A stretch of 64,000 nt of DNA from an uncultured Adlercreutzia sp. (GTDB taxonomy: Bacteria; Actinomycetota; Coriobacteriia; Coriobacteriales; Eggerthellaceae), in NCBI RefSeq assembly GCF_951801035.1, contig NZ_CATOKT010000002.1; one strand, given 5' to 3'. Below are positions 25,149-34,374 of this stretch, piece by piece. The translations under genes and the position numbers were made by a program. The stretch's first letter is position 1; each line of letters starts with the position of its first letter. Under the pieces are notes generated by a model that was not told the DNA's origin, did no database searches, and saw only the letters and a list, made by a program, of their open reading frames with translations.

Positions 25149-26506
25149 GAGCGTCTCCCCACCCGCCCCTGGTCGCGTCGCGGCGCGGCGGTCTTCTGCT
25201 GCTGCCATGCGGCTCCGGCGGCCAGAAGTCGGTCTTCCAACTGGGCTTCTTTCAGATCGTGGTCCACCTCTGCGGCTTCCTTGTTCACGTTGGCGAAGCC
25301 CGTGATGCCCTCCTCGGCCAAAAGGCGTACCAGATGGCGCGCGGCACGCAGACTGATGAGGCGGCTGGAGATGCCAATGCTCAAATCGTCGCCGTAGGTG
25401 CTGATGATGAAGTTCAGGCCAGCAGGCGACGTTAAGGCGCTGATGCCTTCGACGTAGGGCGCTGCGGCCTCATCTACGGTGATGCGCCCCAGACTGGAAA
25501 CGGTACAGGTAACTTCCCGGGCCGTTTTCCAAGCGGCAAGATCCAAGGCAAGGTCCTTCACGAACAAGGGGGCCATGCGCAGAAACGGGTTCTTCTCTAG
25601 CTTGACCATGGTCATCATGCGACGCTTCAGGGCCGTGGGCTCCGTGCCGTCGGTCATCTGCTGCTGCACCTGGGCGGCAATCTGCGCCAGCGTCTCGTCG
25701 GTGTCGCCGGGGATGTAGCTGACGAAGGCCAGACCGAAGAAGTTGCGCAGGGTGGTGGAGCCGAAGAGCGAGCGCAAATCGACGGGCACGTCCATATGGA
25801 TAGCGCGGTTGCGCTCCGAGGCAGGCATCTCGGCACGTAGGGCGGCAATAACCGCGGCAATGAGCCAGCTGGTCACCGTGGCGCCGGCCGCCTTAGCGCG
25901 ACGGTGGACGGCGGCCGCGGAATAGTGAAGCTCCAGATAGGTGAAGTGCTCGTCGGTCTTCCAGCCGGGCAGCCGGAAGATCTTGGGTTGGCCGGTGGCT
26001 CCGGCCGCGTCTCGGTCGTAGTGGGCCGAGAAGCTATCCTCGGTTTTCGCCGCCTCAGTGCCCGGGTAGGGCTGCTGGCTGACGGGGGCGTCGTAGCGCT
26101 CATGGGCGTAGGCGGCCAGCAGGGCCTTCAGGAACTCGAGGCTTCCGCGGCCGTCGGAAATCATATGGGACACTTCCACGTTGATGCGCCGCTGGTAATA
26201 CGTGACGCGGAAGAGCACGCTTTTGGGCCCCGTGTGCAGCCCGTAGCAAACCGGCAGCGTTTCCGGCTGGACTGTGGGCGTGGTTTTCGCTGGCTCCAGG
26301 TAATGCCAGAACAGGCCGCTGCGCAGGCACACGTTGAAGCCGGGGAAGCGCTCGATGGTGGCATCGAGGGCGCGCTGGAGCGCCGCGGCATCCACGGGTT
26401 CGGTCATGGTGGCCGCCAGGCGGAATACCGTCTGGTTCGAGCTGCCCGCCTGGGAGGCGTAGAACTTGCCGACGTTGTCTAGTCGGTACCAAGCAGGGGC
26501 AGCCAT
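25145..26506 (-). CDS. condensation-domain-like acyltransferase (alcohol acetyltransferase / PapA5-WS/DGAT-like)
   Basis: N-terminal WYRLDNVGKFYA and catalytic HMISDGRG (HxxxDG). Start at Met193 of track ORF 25145..27082; the upstream 192 codons overlap the esterase gene out of frame. Confidence 0.7.
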   Translation of the reverse strand: MAAPAWYRLDNVGKFYASQAGSSNQTVFRLAATMTEPVDAAALQRALDATIERFPGFNVCLRSGLFWHYLEPAKTTPTVQPETLPVCYGLHTGPKSVLFRVTYYQRRINVEVSHMISDGRGSLEFLKALLAAYAHERYDAPVSQQPYPGTEAAKTEDSFSAHYDRDAAGATGQPKIFRLPGWKTDEHFTYLELHYSAAAVHRRAKAAGATVTSWLIAAVIAALRAEMPASERNRAIHMDVPVDLRSLFGSTTLRNFFGLAFVSYIPGDTDETLAQIAAQVQQQMTDGTEPTALKRRMMTMVKLEKNPFLRMAPLFVKDLALDLAAWKTAREVTCTVSSLGRITVDEAAAPYVEGISALTSPAGLNFIISTYGDDLSIGISSRLISLRAARHLVRLLAEEGITGFANVNKEAAEVDHDLKEAQLEDRLLAAGAAWQQQKTAAPRRDQGRVGRRS

Positions 26507-27495
26507 GGCAGAGCGCCTTCGTCGGGAATATCCTCGTCGTCGAGGAAGTTTGCAATGAGCCGATAAGTGTCGCGCACCAGCGAGAGCACCGACGGGTAGA
26601 GGAAGTACCCGTGGATGGCATCGTACATGCGGCAGCACACCACCTCGTTGCCCTCGGCTTCCAGTCGCGCTGCGTAGGCCTCGCCCTCGTCGCGCAAGGG
26701 GTCGTATTCGGCGGTCACAATAAGGGTGCGAGGCTGGTCGGCTACGCTGGAGGCAAGCAGCGGCGCGAAGCGGGAGTCGTTGAAATCTTCCGGCTTGGCC
26801 AGATACAGGTTGATGTAGGTGACAATGTCCTCGCGGGTAAGCAGGTAGTCCTCGCCGTTTTCCCGCACCGAATCGAACAGGGTGGTCAGGCTGTGGTCGT
26901 TGTAGGTGAGGGGGTACAGCAGTACCTGGGTGCGCACGGCGAAGTCGCCGCGATCGCGGGCGAGAAGCGACACTCCGGCCGCCAAGTTGCCGCCGGCTGA
27001 ATCGCCCATGAGCACGATGTGCTTGGTCTTCACATCGGACAGAAGCGTGCCGGCGTATAGCTGGCGGGCCACCTCGTAGCAATCGTCCAGGGCCGTGGGG
27101 AACTTGTGCTCGGGGGAGCGGCGGTATTCCACGGACAGGACGCGGCGCTCCAGCTTCAGCGCCATGCGCTGGCAGGCGTCGGTGTAGAAGCCGATGTCGC
27201 CGTTGGCAAAACCGCCGCCGTGGAAGAACAGGATGGTGCCGCGGTAGTCCTCGTTCACGTGGAGTCCCGTTTTCAGGGACAGATCAATGTCGAGGGGCGT
27301 GAACAGGCGCAGCGGGATATCGTAGCCGTCGGCCGCGGTGGCCGTCAGGTCGTCGATGCGGCAGCGTGGGTCCACGATGGTGAGCTTCGCCGCCGCCTCT
27401 TCGGCCTTGCGCTGATCGGCCCAGGAGGCCGAGGTGTCGGGCATGATGCGCGTGAGCGTTTTTATGGCGGCCTGCAGGGCCGGGTTCATAGGCAT
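26479..27495 (-). CDS. alpha/beta hydrolase, family IV (HSL-like) esterase/lipase
   Basis: Oxyanion HGGGF, nucleophile elbow GDSAGGNLA, C-terminal DPLRDEG...H. Confidence 0.85.
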   Translation of the reverse strand: MPMNPALQAAIKTLTRIMPDTSASWADQRKAEEAAAKLTIVDPRCRIDDLTATAADGYDIPLRLFTPLDIDLSLKTGLHVNEDYRGTILFFHGGGFANGDIGFYTDACQRMALKLERRVLSVEYRRSPEHKFPTALDDCYEVARQLYAGTLLSDVKTKHIVLMGDSAGGNLAAGVSLLARDRGDFAVRTQVLLYPLTYNDHSLTTLFDSVRENGEDYLLTREDIVTYINLYLAKPEDFNDSRFAPLLASSVADQPRTLIVTAEYDPLRDEGEAYAARLEAEGNEVVCCRMYDAIHGYFLYPSVLSLVRDTYRLIANFLDDEDIPDEGALPWLPLLGTD

Positions 27496-27629
27496 AGGGG
27501 CATCCTTTCGGGCGGGGAGCGCGCTTGGTTGGACGAGTGGCAGGCGAGGCCTCGAGGACGCCTTTCGCTTGCCAGGGGAATGGGGTCGCGCTCCGACGGC
27601 TTGACGATGCGTAAATGATGAGTCTTATG

Positions 27630-27671
27630 CTAACGAAAGCGGGCCTGCTCTCAAAGAGAAGCAGGCCCGCT
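27630..27671 (-). terminator. rho-independent terminator downstream of the dipeptidase gene
   Basis: Minus strand: AGCGGGCCTGCT-N10-AGCAGGCCCGCT followed by TTCGTTAGC. Confidence 0.65.
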
Positions 27672-27797
27672 GGCAACAAACGGTAACCGCGGGGTGCAGC
27701 AAGCTTAGGGCAGCAAAATAGCAGCAAAAACAAGCGATAAAGAGCGATGTTCGATTATTAATAGGCCTTTGACCAGGTAATCTATTCTGTCTGCTTC

Positions 27798-29366
27798 CTA
27801 GTGGTCGTTCATATTAAACGCATTTTTCATTTCGACGGTGCGCTGATCGAGGACGGCGCCCAGCACGGCCTGGGTTTGGACCTGCACCTTGTCGATGAGC
27901 GCCTGGTTGGCGTCGGCCAAGGTGGTCAGCACCTGCGGATCGTCCATGTTGTCTAGGTCAACCTTGCCTTCCTTCGCCAGCTTGGCGAGGGCGGCGTCGG
28001 TTTCATGCAGCGACTGATAGCCCTGGGCCATGGTGTTCAGGCGATAGGCCTGAATGGCCTCGTAGCTTTCGAAGAACTGCGGATCGCCCAAGCCGCCGAT
28101 AAGGCGGTTGTTCCAGTACAGGCTGTCAGTGGTTACCTTCGTGGGCGTGTCCAGATAGGCGGGCATGGCCTTCACGTTCGCGTACATGGCCACGGCGGTG
28201 TTGAAGGGACCGGAAGCCGGGGCGAACCAGTGCACGCCGCGCAGCGCCTTGGGGGCGTTCGGACGGATGCACAGGATGGAGCACTCGGAGGTGCGGTCGA
28301 TACCGATGAAGCGGTACTGGTGACGGGTAGCAGGCGTGCCTTTGGTGCCGTAGCAGTCGTACTCGGTGCCGTCATAGGTAGTGGCCAGCCAATCCTTCAC
28401 GTCCGAGGCCGACAGCTTCTTGTCGGGGCGCAGGGCCCAGGGGATGTCCAGGCTCTCGGGACCGAACTCGGGCGCCGGGCCCTGGAAACGCGGGTCAGAG
28501 GGCGTCAGGCGGCTGCACAGATACCACTTGCGCGGGGCATTGTAGAGCTGGTCGAGCCAGGTGTAGGTGGAAAAGGCGATGCGGGCGTTGAAGTAGCGGG
28601 GCAGGCCCTCCACCATTTCCTGGGGCTCGTCGCTGGCGGGCATGTCCATGAGCAGGTCGTGGTCGCGAATCCACTCGGCCAAGTCGGCGCTGCACATGTA
28701 GTCGCACTGGTCGCCCAAAGCGTCGGCAAGGTCGAAGTGATCGATGCCCTGGCGGTTGGGTTGCACCACGTAGCAGTCGTCCGGTACGCGGCGGGCAATC
28801 CAATGGTGGCCGCCGATGTTCTCCCAGTACCACACCTCGTGGGCGTCGCCGAAGGCCACGCCGTTGGTCTCGTAGGTACCGTACTGCTCCACCAGGGCGC
28901 CCAGGCGCTTCACACCTTCGCGAGCCGTGGTGATGTAGGGCAGCGTGATGGTGGGCAGGTTCTCCTCGCCGATACCGCCGGGCACTTCCGGCTTGTAGTC
29001 GGCGTCGCCCGGCTTGCCCTGGGCGGGTTGGTACACCACCAGCGGGTCGGCGCCCAGCACGCGGGCGTTGGCCGAGATGGTCTCGGTGGCCGACATGGAC
29101 ACGTTGGCGGCGTTGATGCCGGTTTCAGCCCAGACGCCGTTGGAGGGATCGGCGTTCGGGGTGCAGGTGTAGCGCAGAGGGTTGTCGGGCAGTTCGATGG
29201 TCAGGTGGCTGGCCACGCCGGTGTAGGTGCGCGGCTGGTCTTCCGGGTTCACCACGATGAGCTTCTTCGGATCGAAGGAGAAATCCTCACCGTCCTCGTT
29301 GCGGGCGACAATGGTAGACCCGTCGTTGGTGGCCAAGCGGCCGACGAGCAGGGTTGTGCAAGCCAT
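27798..29366 (-). CDS. C69-family dipeptidase
   Basis: N-terminal nucleophile motif MACTTLLVGRLATNDGSTIVARNED. 522 aa. Confidence 0.9.
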   Translation of the reverse strand: MACTTLLVGRLATNDGSTIVARNEDGEDFSFDPKKLIVVNPEDQPRTYTGVASHLTIELPDNPLRYTCTPNADPSNGVWAETGINAANVSMSATETISANARVLGADPLVVYQPAQGKPGDADYKPEVPGGIGEENLPTITLPYITTAREGVKRLGALVEQYGTYETNGVAFGDAHEVWYWENIGGHHWIARRVPDDCYVVQPNRQGIDHFDLADALGDQCDYMCSADLAEWIRDHDLLMDMPASDEPQEMVEGLPRYFNARIAFSTYTWLDQLYNAPRKWYLCSRLTPSDPRFQGPAPEFGPESLDIPWALRPDKKLSASDVKDWLATTYDGTEYDCYGTKGTPATRHQYRFIGIDRTSECSILCIRPNAPKALRGVHWFAPASGPFNTAVAMYANVKAMPAYLDTPTKVTTDSLYWNNRLIGGLGDPQFFESYEAIQAYRLNTMAQGYQSLHETDAALAKLAKEGKVDLDNMDDPQVLTTLADANQALIDKVQVQTQAVLGAVLDQRTVEMKNAFNMNDH

Positions 29367-29737
29367 AAAAGGCCTCCTTTTCGAATGGCCGTGCGGCGCG
29401 CATGGGGTCGCAAGTTCGCTGATCCCTCAAGAACCTTTGGGCTGCAGGAGCTTGGGGCTCGCAGGTGTTCATGGGCTTCAAGCCCGCCGGGCGGCTGGTT
29501 TCGTACTCTTTCGGTATACGCTGACCGCGGCGTTGGCGGGAGCGGTGCCCTCGGTTTGTCAACAAGCCGAGGGCGAATGGGAAAGCGGGAGATGATCGGG
29601 ACGCCCCCAGGGTCGTCCCGCTGGTGAGATGGCCCTTGTCGCAGCGGGGGATTCCGGCCATGACGCGGGGTGGGGCTCTGGGCGTAGTGGAGGGAGGCTG
29701 GGGTGCGGTCTCGGCCGTTGTTCGCGAGAGGCAATCC

Positions 29738-29995
29738 TTGGCTGCAAGTTGACGGGTTTGGAACCGCATCGCGCGAAATAACGGTTTCAGTGCCTGTTTT
29801 GGCTGCAAATGAACGGTTTTGGACCAGCGACATGTTAAATGGCGGCTTCAATGCCCGGTTTGGCTTGGAAAACACGGTTTTGGAACCCCTGGAGCTTCGT
29901 TTCGTTCCAAAACCGTTCGTTCGCAGCCAAACGAGCGCACGAAAGCCTGTTTTAGCGTGGCCGGTGTTCCAAAACCGTGATTTCCAAGCCAAACC
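29738..29995. repeat. array of five related ~30-nt units (3 forward, 2 inverted) with 58-64 nt spacing
   Basis: Forward units at 29738-29765, 29796-29825 and 29857-29886; inverted units at 29904-29933 and 29966-29995. Unit 3 and unit 5 are reverse complements at 29/30 positions. Core CGGTTTTGGAAC. Confidence 0.85.
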
Positions 29996-30007
29996 ATGCC
30001 CGCGGGG

Positions 30008-31012
30008 CTACTTTTTGTCGCGCTCGCTGTTCTGGCTTGGCAGCTGGTCGGGTAGTTGGAAGTAGTCGTCGAGCTTCCACGACGCAGCAAAGAGCATTCG
30101 CTGCTGCTCGCTGAAACGGGCGGACTGGGGGCGCAGGCGTGTGCCCAGTTGCTTGCTGGCCTGTCGGGCCACTTCGCGCATTTTCACAGGGTTGCCCAGC
30201 TGTCGGGCGGTTACGGTGATCACGCGATAGCCGTCGCGCTCAAGGGCCATACGCCTCAGCGAGTCGCGCGTCACTTGCTGCGGCGCAAGGTGCTCGCTGT
30301 CGGAATCGTACTCGATGGCCAGGCGCTCTTCGGGGAAAAGCAGGTCGGGCTTGAGGGTAGCGCTGCCCACAATGGCCTTTGCCTGCTGCGAGAGGCGTAT
30401 CCGCTGGTTGAGCAGGGGCTGTGGAAGTCCGAACCCGCCGTAGCGCGACGGCGCACTCAAGATGGTGCCCAGAAATGCCTCGGGAGGAGACGCCGCCTTG
30501 GCGACCATCAGGCTGAGCGCCAGCCGCGCTTTCTTGACGCCGTGCAACCCAGGGTTCTTGCCGATGAAGCGCTGAATCTTCTCCGGAGTGGTAAGCGCTG
30601 ACCGGGCACCGAGCTGTCGGTTGCCGGTGGGTGTGAGGTAAAACGTGCCACAGAGGGCGTTGCCCGCCTTGACCAGTTCGTAGAGCGAGAGGCTTCGGGC
30701 CAGCTGCACGAAGCAAAGTTCGGGGCTGGCGGTGTATACGCCGCTTCCGACGCGGTGGAAAATCTTTCCCTGCGCCGTAAGGCGGAGTACGTGGGGGGCG
30801 GTGCGGGGAAGGGGTCGACGCGACCGCGAGGGCATCATCACGTGATAGGGCTGCTTGATAAAGGGGAAGACGTCCGAGAGGTAGTCGACGGCCTCGTTGG
30901 TAGGTTCGCACTCGCGGAAGGCTCGTACGCCGACGGCGTCCGCGGCGCGCGGGGGCGCCGGCGTAAAGAGCCAGTGAGAGAACGACGATATGCCGTACAG
31001 GAAAACTCGCAT
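30008..31012 (-). CDS. DUF559-like (Vsr-fold endonuclease-like C-terminus) protein, paralog 1
   Basis: C-terminal LAIEYDSDSEHLAPQQVTRDSLRRMALERDGYRVITVT. Roughly 45% identical by eye to the 50509..51492 product. Start at Met26 (MRVFLYG, aligns with MRAFLYG of the paralog). Confidence 0.65.
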   Translation of the reverse strand: MRVFLYGISSFSHWLFTPAPPRAADAVGVRAFRECEPTNEAVDYLSDVFPFIKQPYHVMMPSRSRRPLPRTAPHVLRLTAQGKIFHRVGSGVYTASPELCFVQLARSLSLYELVKAGNALCGTFYLTPTGNRQLGARSALTTPEKIQRFIGKNPGLHGVKKARLALSLMVAKAASPPEAFLGTILSAPSRYGGFGLPQPLLNQRIRLSQQAKAIVGSATLKPDLLFPEERLAIEYDSDSEHLAPQQVTRDSLRRMALERDGYRVITVTARQLGNPVKMREVARQASKQLGTRLRPQSARFSEQQRMLFAASWKLDDYFQLPDQLPSQNSERDKK

Positions 31013-31788
31013 GGGAGTATTGTAGGTCGCGGAGGAGTCCAGGAGAGCGCGGTGCGGATATTCACAGATTACGCGTTGCAGGGACACCTGCTGGGATGGG
31101 AAGGGTGAGGCAATTTGGAGAGTATCTCCTGGTCAAAACGGGCCTGCTACCTGGAAGAGGGAGACTTGGCTTGCCGAGGTGCGTGCGGGGAAAACCCCAA
31201 TGTTCTGTTGAATGCGAACAGGATGGCATGTTGTCGGTGCAGGAGGGGCGAAGCGGCAGTGTCGGGTCGGACGGCATGCGAGTCGGATGACGTATTGTCG
31301 GTTCAGGGGACGAAGCGGATCCTTGGTTTGGGAGGTGCTCGAGCCTGACGGTGTTTGCTCGGCTAGAGCGGCGAACAAGCGATAGCGGTAAGCGAAGCAG
31401 GATGCGAGCTAGAGGGCGTTGGTGCGGGGAGCTTATGGGCGTTTCGTGGAGGTCGGTGTGGCGGCGCTGAAGGAGGCAAGGTAGCGTGGATACCATACTC
31501 GTCCACCTTGATGTCGATGTTCTCGCGCTATTCGCGCCTTCGACCGCTCGGGTGCGTGAACGAGCTGATCGGCTCGTCTGCCGCAGATTGGCGGTGTCGA
31601 TGCCGAACTCCCTTTCCTTTTTCAGCTCGCGACATTTTTCCCGGCCTTCCCACTTGCGGCTTTCGCAAGCTTTGGGTTTTGCCGGCACCGCTCGCCGCTG
31701 AGTGCCCTTTTTCTGGCTGCCACATGGTCTCGAGGAACTTTGCCATGTTGGCGGAGCTTCGCGTTTCGTGCTCCCCTGGATGTGGGCG

Positions 31789-31996
31789 TGGCTGCAAAAG
31801 CGCGGTTTTGGAACGGAAGGCCGCCAATTTGAGTTCGAGGCCGCTGAAATGGCTGAGAATTGTCGATTTTGGAACGCCGTGGCTGGGGTTGGCACGTTGC
31901 TGAACATGTCGGCCTGGGAAAACGCGTCTCCGCGATGGTCCGGGGAGGTGCAATTCGCTGGCAAATGTTCCAAAACCGTGGTTTTGAAGCCAATCC
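31789..31996. repeat. three more units of the same repeat family on the other side of paralog 1
   Basis: Forward units at 31789-31815 (TGGCTGCAAAAGCGCGGTTTTGGAACG) and 31850-31876; inverted unit at 31967-31996. Confidence 0.8.
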
Positions 31997-32013
31997 ATCG
32001 ACTTCAACGTGAA

Positions 32014-32163
32014 ATTCGCGTACAGCCCGGCGCTTCGCGAGGGGTTCTCCACTTCGCGTACAGTCCGGCGCTTCGCGAGGGATCCGGCGCTTCGCGAGGG
32101 ACCCGATGCCTCGCGTGGGGCGCCGATGACTCGCGGTGGGCATTGACGCTTCGTGGCGAGCGT
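32014..32163 (+). repeat. degenerate tandem repeats (CCGGCGCTTCGCGAGGG x3 plus decayed copies) abutting the helD start
   Basis: Exact 17-mers at 32027, 32065 and 32084. Related CCGATGCCTCGCGTGGGG and CCGATGACTCGCGGTGGG follow. Confidence 0.75.
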
Positions 32164-32178
32164 TGAATCCGAAAGAGC

Positions 32179-34374
32179 ATGAGCGACGGGAAAGTAAGTG
32201 AAAAGGATACCTGGAGAGGAGATGCTATGAATCCGCGGAAGGACGAGGTGGGGTCGAATGAAGGGCGGCAACAGGTCGGGAGCGTGATGCCCCAAGAGAC
32301 GTCCAGCGTCGAGGAAGAGGAGCGTGCTCGGTTGGCCGAGGTGGAGGCCCAGATCAGCGAGGCGGTCGCGCGGACTCGGAGGTTGGCGGCGCGTCTGGAG
32401 GCAGGTCATCGGGAAACCGGGGCCCATCTTGCCGCCGCTCGAGGCGAGTTGTCGCCCGAGGAGGCGCATCTGTCGGCCTTCGAACTGAACCGCATGGACG
32501 CTCAGGCTGCCTCGGCGCACCTTTCCCGTCAGCGGCTGGAAAAGCTGGCTGCCTCCCCCTACTTTGCGCGTGTCGATTTTGTCGACGCGGAAGGCGAGCA
32601 AGTAACCTACCTGGGACGCTTCGCCTTCAGCTGGCGTAATCAGGCGGTGGTATCGGACTGGCGCAGCCCGGTGGCCAGCCTGTTCTACGACTTCGAGCCT
32701 GGGCCAGCGGCGTTTGAGGCGCCGGCGGGGCGCCGCGAGGGCGCATTGACCCGCAAGCGACAAATCGGCATTGAGGACGGGCAACTGCGCTATGCCGCCG
32801 ACTCCTCCTCGAGCGTGCGCGACGAAGTGCTTGTTCAGGCGCTCTCGCGTACAGCCGACGCGAAAATGCATGACATTGTTTCTTCTATCCAGCAAGAGCA
32901 AAACGCTATTATCCGCGATGAGGCGCCGGGCACGCTGATCATTCAAGGGGTGGCGGGCTCAGGCAAGACCTCCATTGCACTGCACCGTGTTGCCTACTTG
33001 CTGTATCGGCAGAAAGAGCGCTTGAGCGCTCGCTCAATAGCTATTCTTTCGCCCAACCAAGTTTTTTCCGACTATATTTCCGGCGTTTTGCCCGAGTTGG
33101 GCGAAGAGCCCGTGATGCAATGGAGCCTTTACAGTTTCGCCCAGCGGCTTTTAACGGGGGTGGCAAAGGTGCAGCTGCCGCGCTCTTGGGCGGATGAGAC
33201 CGATCCTGCTCGCATGGTAAGGGTGCGGGCGAAGGGGACCGAGGAGTTTGCCGATGAACTGGCATCGTGGCTTGACGGCCTCATGGCGGCCGAAGGGGCT
33301 CATCTCGTCTTTGGTCCCCATGATCTTCCCGTGGGAGGCGCCACCGCCGAGGCTTCGTGGCTGGCCGAGCGATTTGCCGCCTATGCGCCGGTGCCCTTCA
33401 GCGAGCGCCTCGACCTCGTGGCCGGCGATGCGCGCGAGCGAGCTCATGGTCAGACATTCGGCCGTTACGCCCAGACGCTGCCCACGCGACGCGAGTTAGC
33501 GGGTCGCTTGCGGCGCATGATGACGGCGAAGAACGCGCCCGCGCTGTATCGGCGGTTCCTGGCTGAAACGGGGCGCAGTGCGTTGCGCAAGGCTCCTGCG
33601 TCGGGGGTAGTGGAATGGGAGGATGCCTTTCCGCTGGCGCTGTGCCACTGGGCCTTCGAGGGTGCCGACGGTTTTGACGGGTGCGGTGACGTACGCCATT
33701 TGGTAATCGACGAGATGCAGGATCTGTCGCCGGTGGCCCACGAGGTTATCGCCCGGACCTTCCCTTGCGACAAGACCATTTTGGGCGACGTGAACCAATT
33801 GGTGGACGACCGTGAGGCGACGGCGCCTTCGGCGGTGGCGGCCCGTTATTCTGGGGCGCGGATGATGTCGCTGATGCGCAGCTATCGCTCGACCTGGGAG
33901 ATAACGGCCCTGGCCGCGCAGGTGAAGCCTATCGCCGGCCTTGAGGCTGTGCAGCGCCACGGCGAGGAGCCGCGTTTGGTGCGCTGCGGAGACACGCGCG
34001 GGGTGCTGGAGGCGGTAGACAACGCTGTGGCTCAATGGCAGCGTGGCACCCGACGCACCTTGGGCATTATTGCGAAGTCGGACTTTCTCGCTGCCCGCTA
34101 CGCCGAGCTTTTGGCCCGCGACCACGAGCTCACCCTGTTGACTGACGAGACCGATGAATATCCCGGCGGTCTGGTGGTGAGCTCAGTGCGCTTAGCAAAG
34201 GGCTTGGAGTTCGACGAAGTGGTGCTTTTGGATGTGGACGCGCGGCAGTATGCGACAGAGGCCGATCGCAATTTGCTGTACGTGGCCCTTACGCGTGCCA
34301 TGCATCGCTTGACCGTTCTTTTCCGCGATGAACCGTCGCCGCTTTTGGGAGGGGCAACGGCCGAGCGCCCCTAG
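32179..34374 (+). CDS. helD: HelD-like (UvrD/Rep superfamily 1) RNA-polymerase-associated helicase
   Basis: YFARVDF...YLGRFAFS...SDWRSPVASLFYDFE N-terminal HelD motifs, Walker A GVAGSGKTS, C-terminal VSSVRLAKGLEFDEVVLLD...LYVALTRAMHRL. Exact start uncertain. Confidence 0.85.
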   Translation: MSDGKVSEKDTWRGDAMNPRKDEVGSNEGRQQVGSVMPQETSSVEEEERARLAEVEAQISEAVARTRRLAARLEAGHRETGAHLAAARGELSPEEAHLSAFELNRMDAQAASAHLSRQRLEKLAASPYFARVDFVDAEGEQVTYLGRFAFSWRNQAVVSDWRSPVASLFYDFEPGPAAFEAPAGRREGALTRKRQIGIEDGQLRYAADSSSSVRDEVLVQALSRTADAKMHDIVSSIQQEQNAIIRDEAPGTLIIQGVAGSGKTSIALHRVAYLLYRQKERLSARSIAILSPNQVFSDYISGVLPELGEEPVMQWSLYSFAQRLLTGVAKVQLPRSWADETDPARMVRVRAKGTEEFADELASWLDGLMAAEGAHLVFGPHDLPVGGATAEASWLAERFAAYAPVPFSERLDLVAGDARERAHGQTFGRYAQTLPTRRELAGRLRRMMTAKNAPALYRRFLAETGRSALRKAPASGVVEWEDAFPLALCHWAFEGADGFDGCGDVRHLVIDEMQDLSPVAHEVIARTFPCDKTILGDVNQLVDDREATAPSAVAARYSGARMMSLMRSYRSTWEITALAAQVKPIAGLEAVQRHGEEPRLVRCGDTRGVLEAVDNAVAQWQRGTRRTLGIIAKSDFLAARYAELLARDHELTLLTDETDEYPGGLVVSSVRLAKGLEFDEVVLLDVDARQYATEADRNLLYVALTRAMHRLTVLFRDEPSPLLGGATAERP

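Noticed and set aside
26507-27082. N-terminal 192-codon extension of track ORF 25145-27082.
   Set aside because: It overlaps the well-supported esterase gene in another frame and is Arg/Pro-rich. The family-typical N-terminus (WYRLDN...) begins at Met193.
29738-29995. Possible CRISPR array.
   Set aside because: The units are imperfect and occur in both orientations. The spacers are partly self-complementary to neighbouring units, and no cas genes are present.
31062-32946. Two long minus-strand ORFs (303 and 472 aa) between paralog 1 and helD.
   Set aside because: Nonsense-like composition. One overlaps the helD coding region antisense. The interval is built from repeats that read similarly on both strands.
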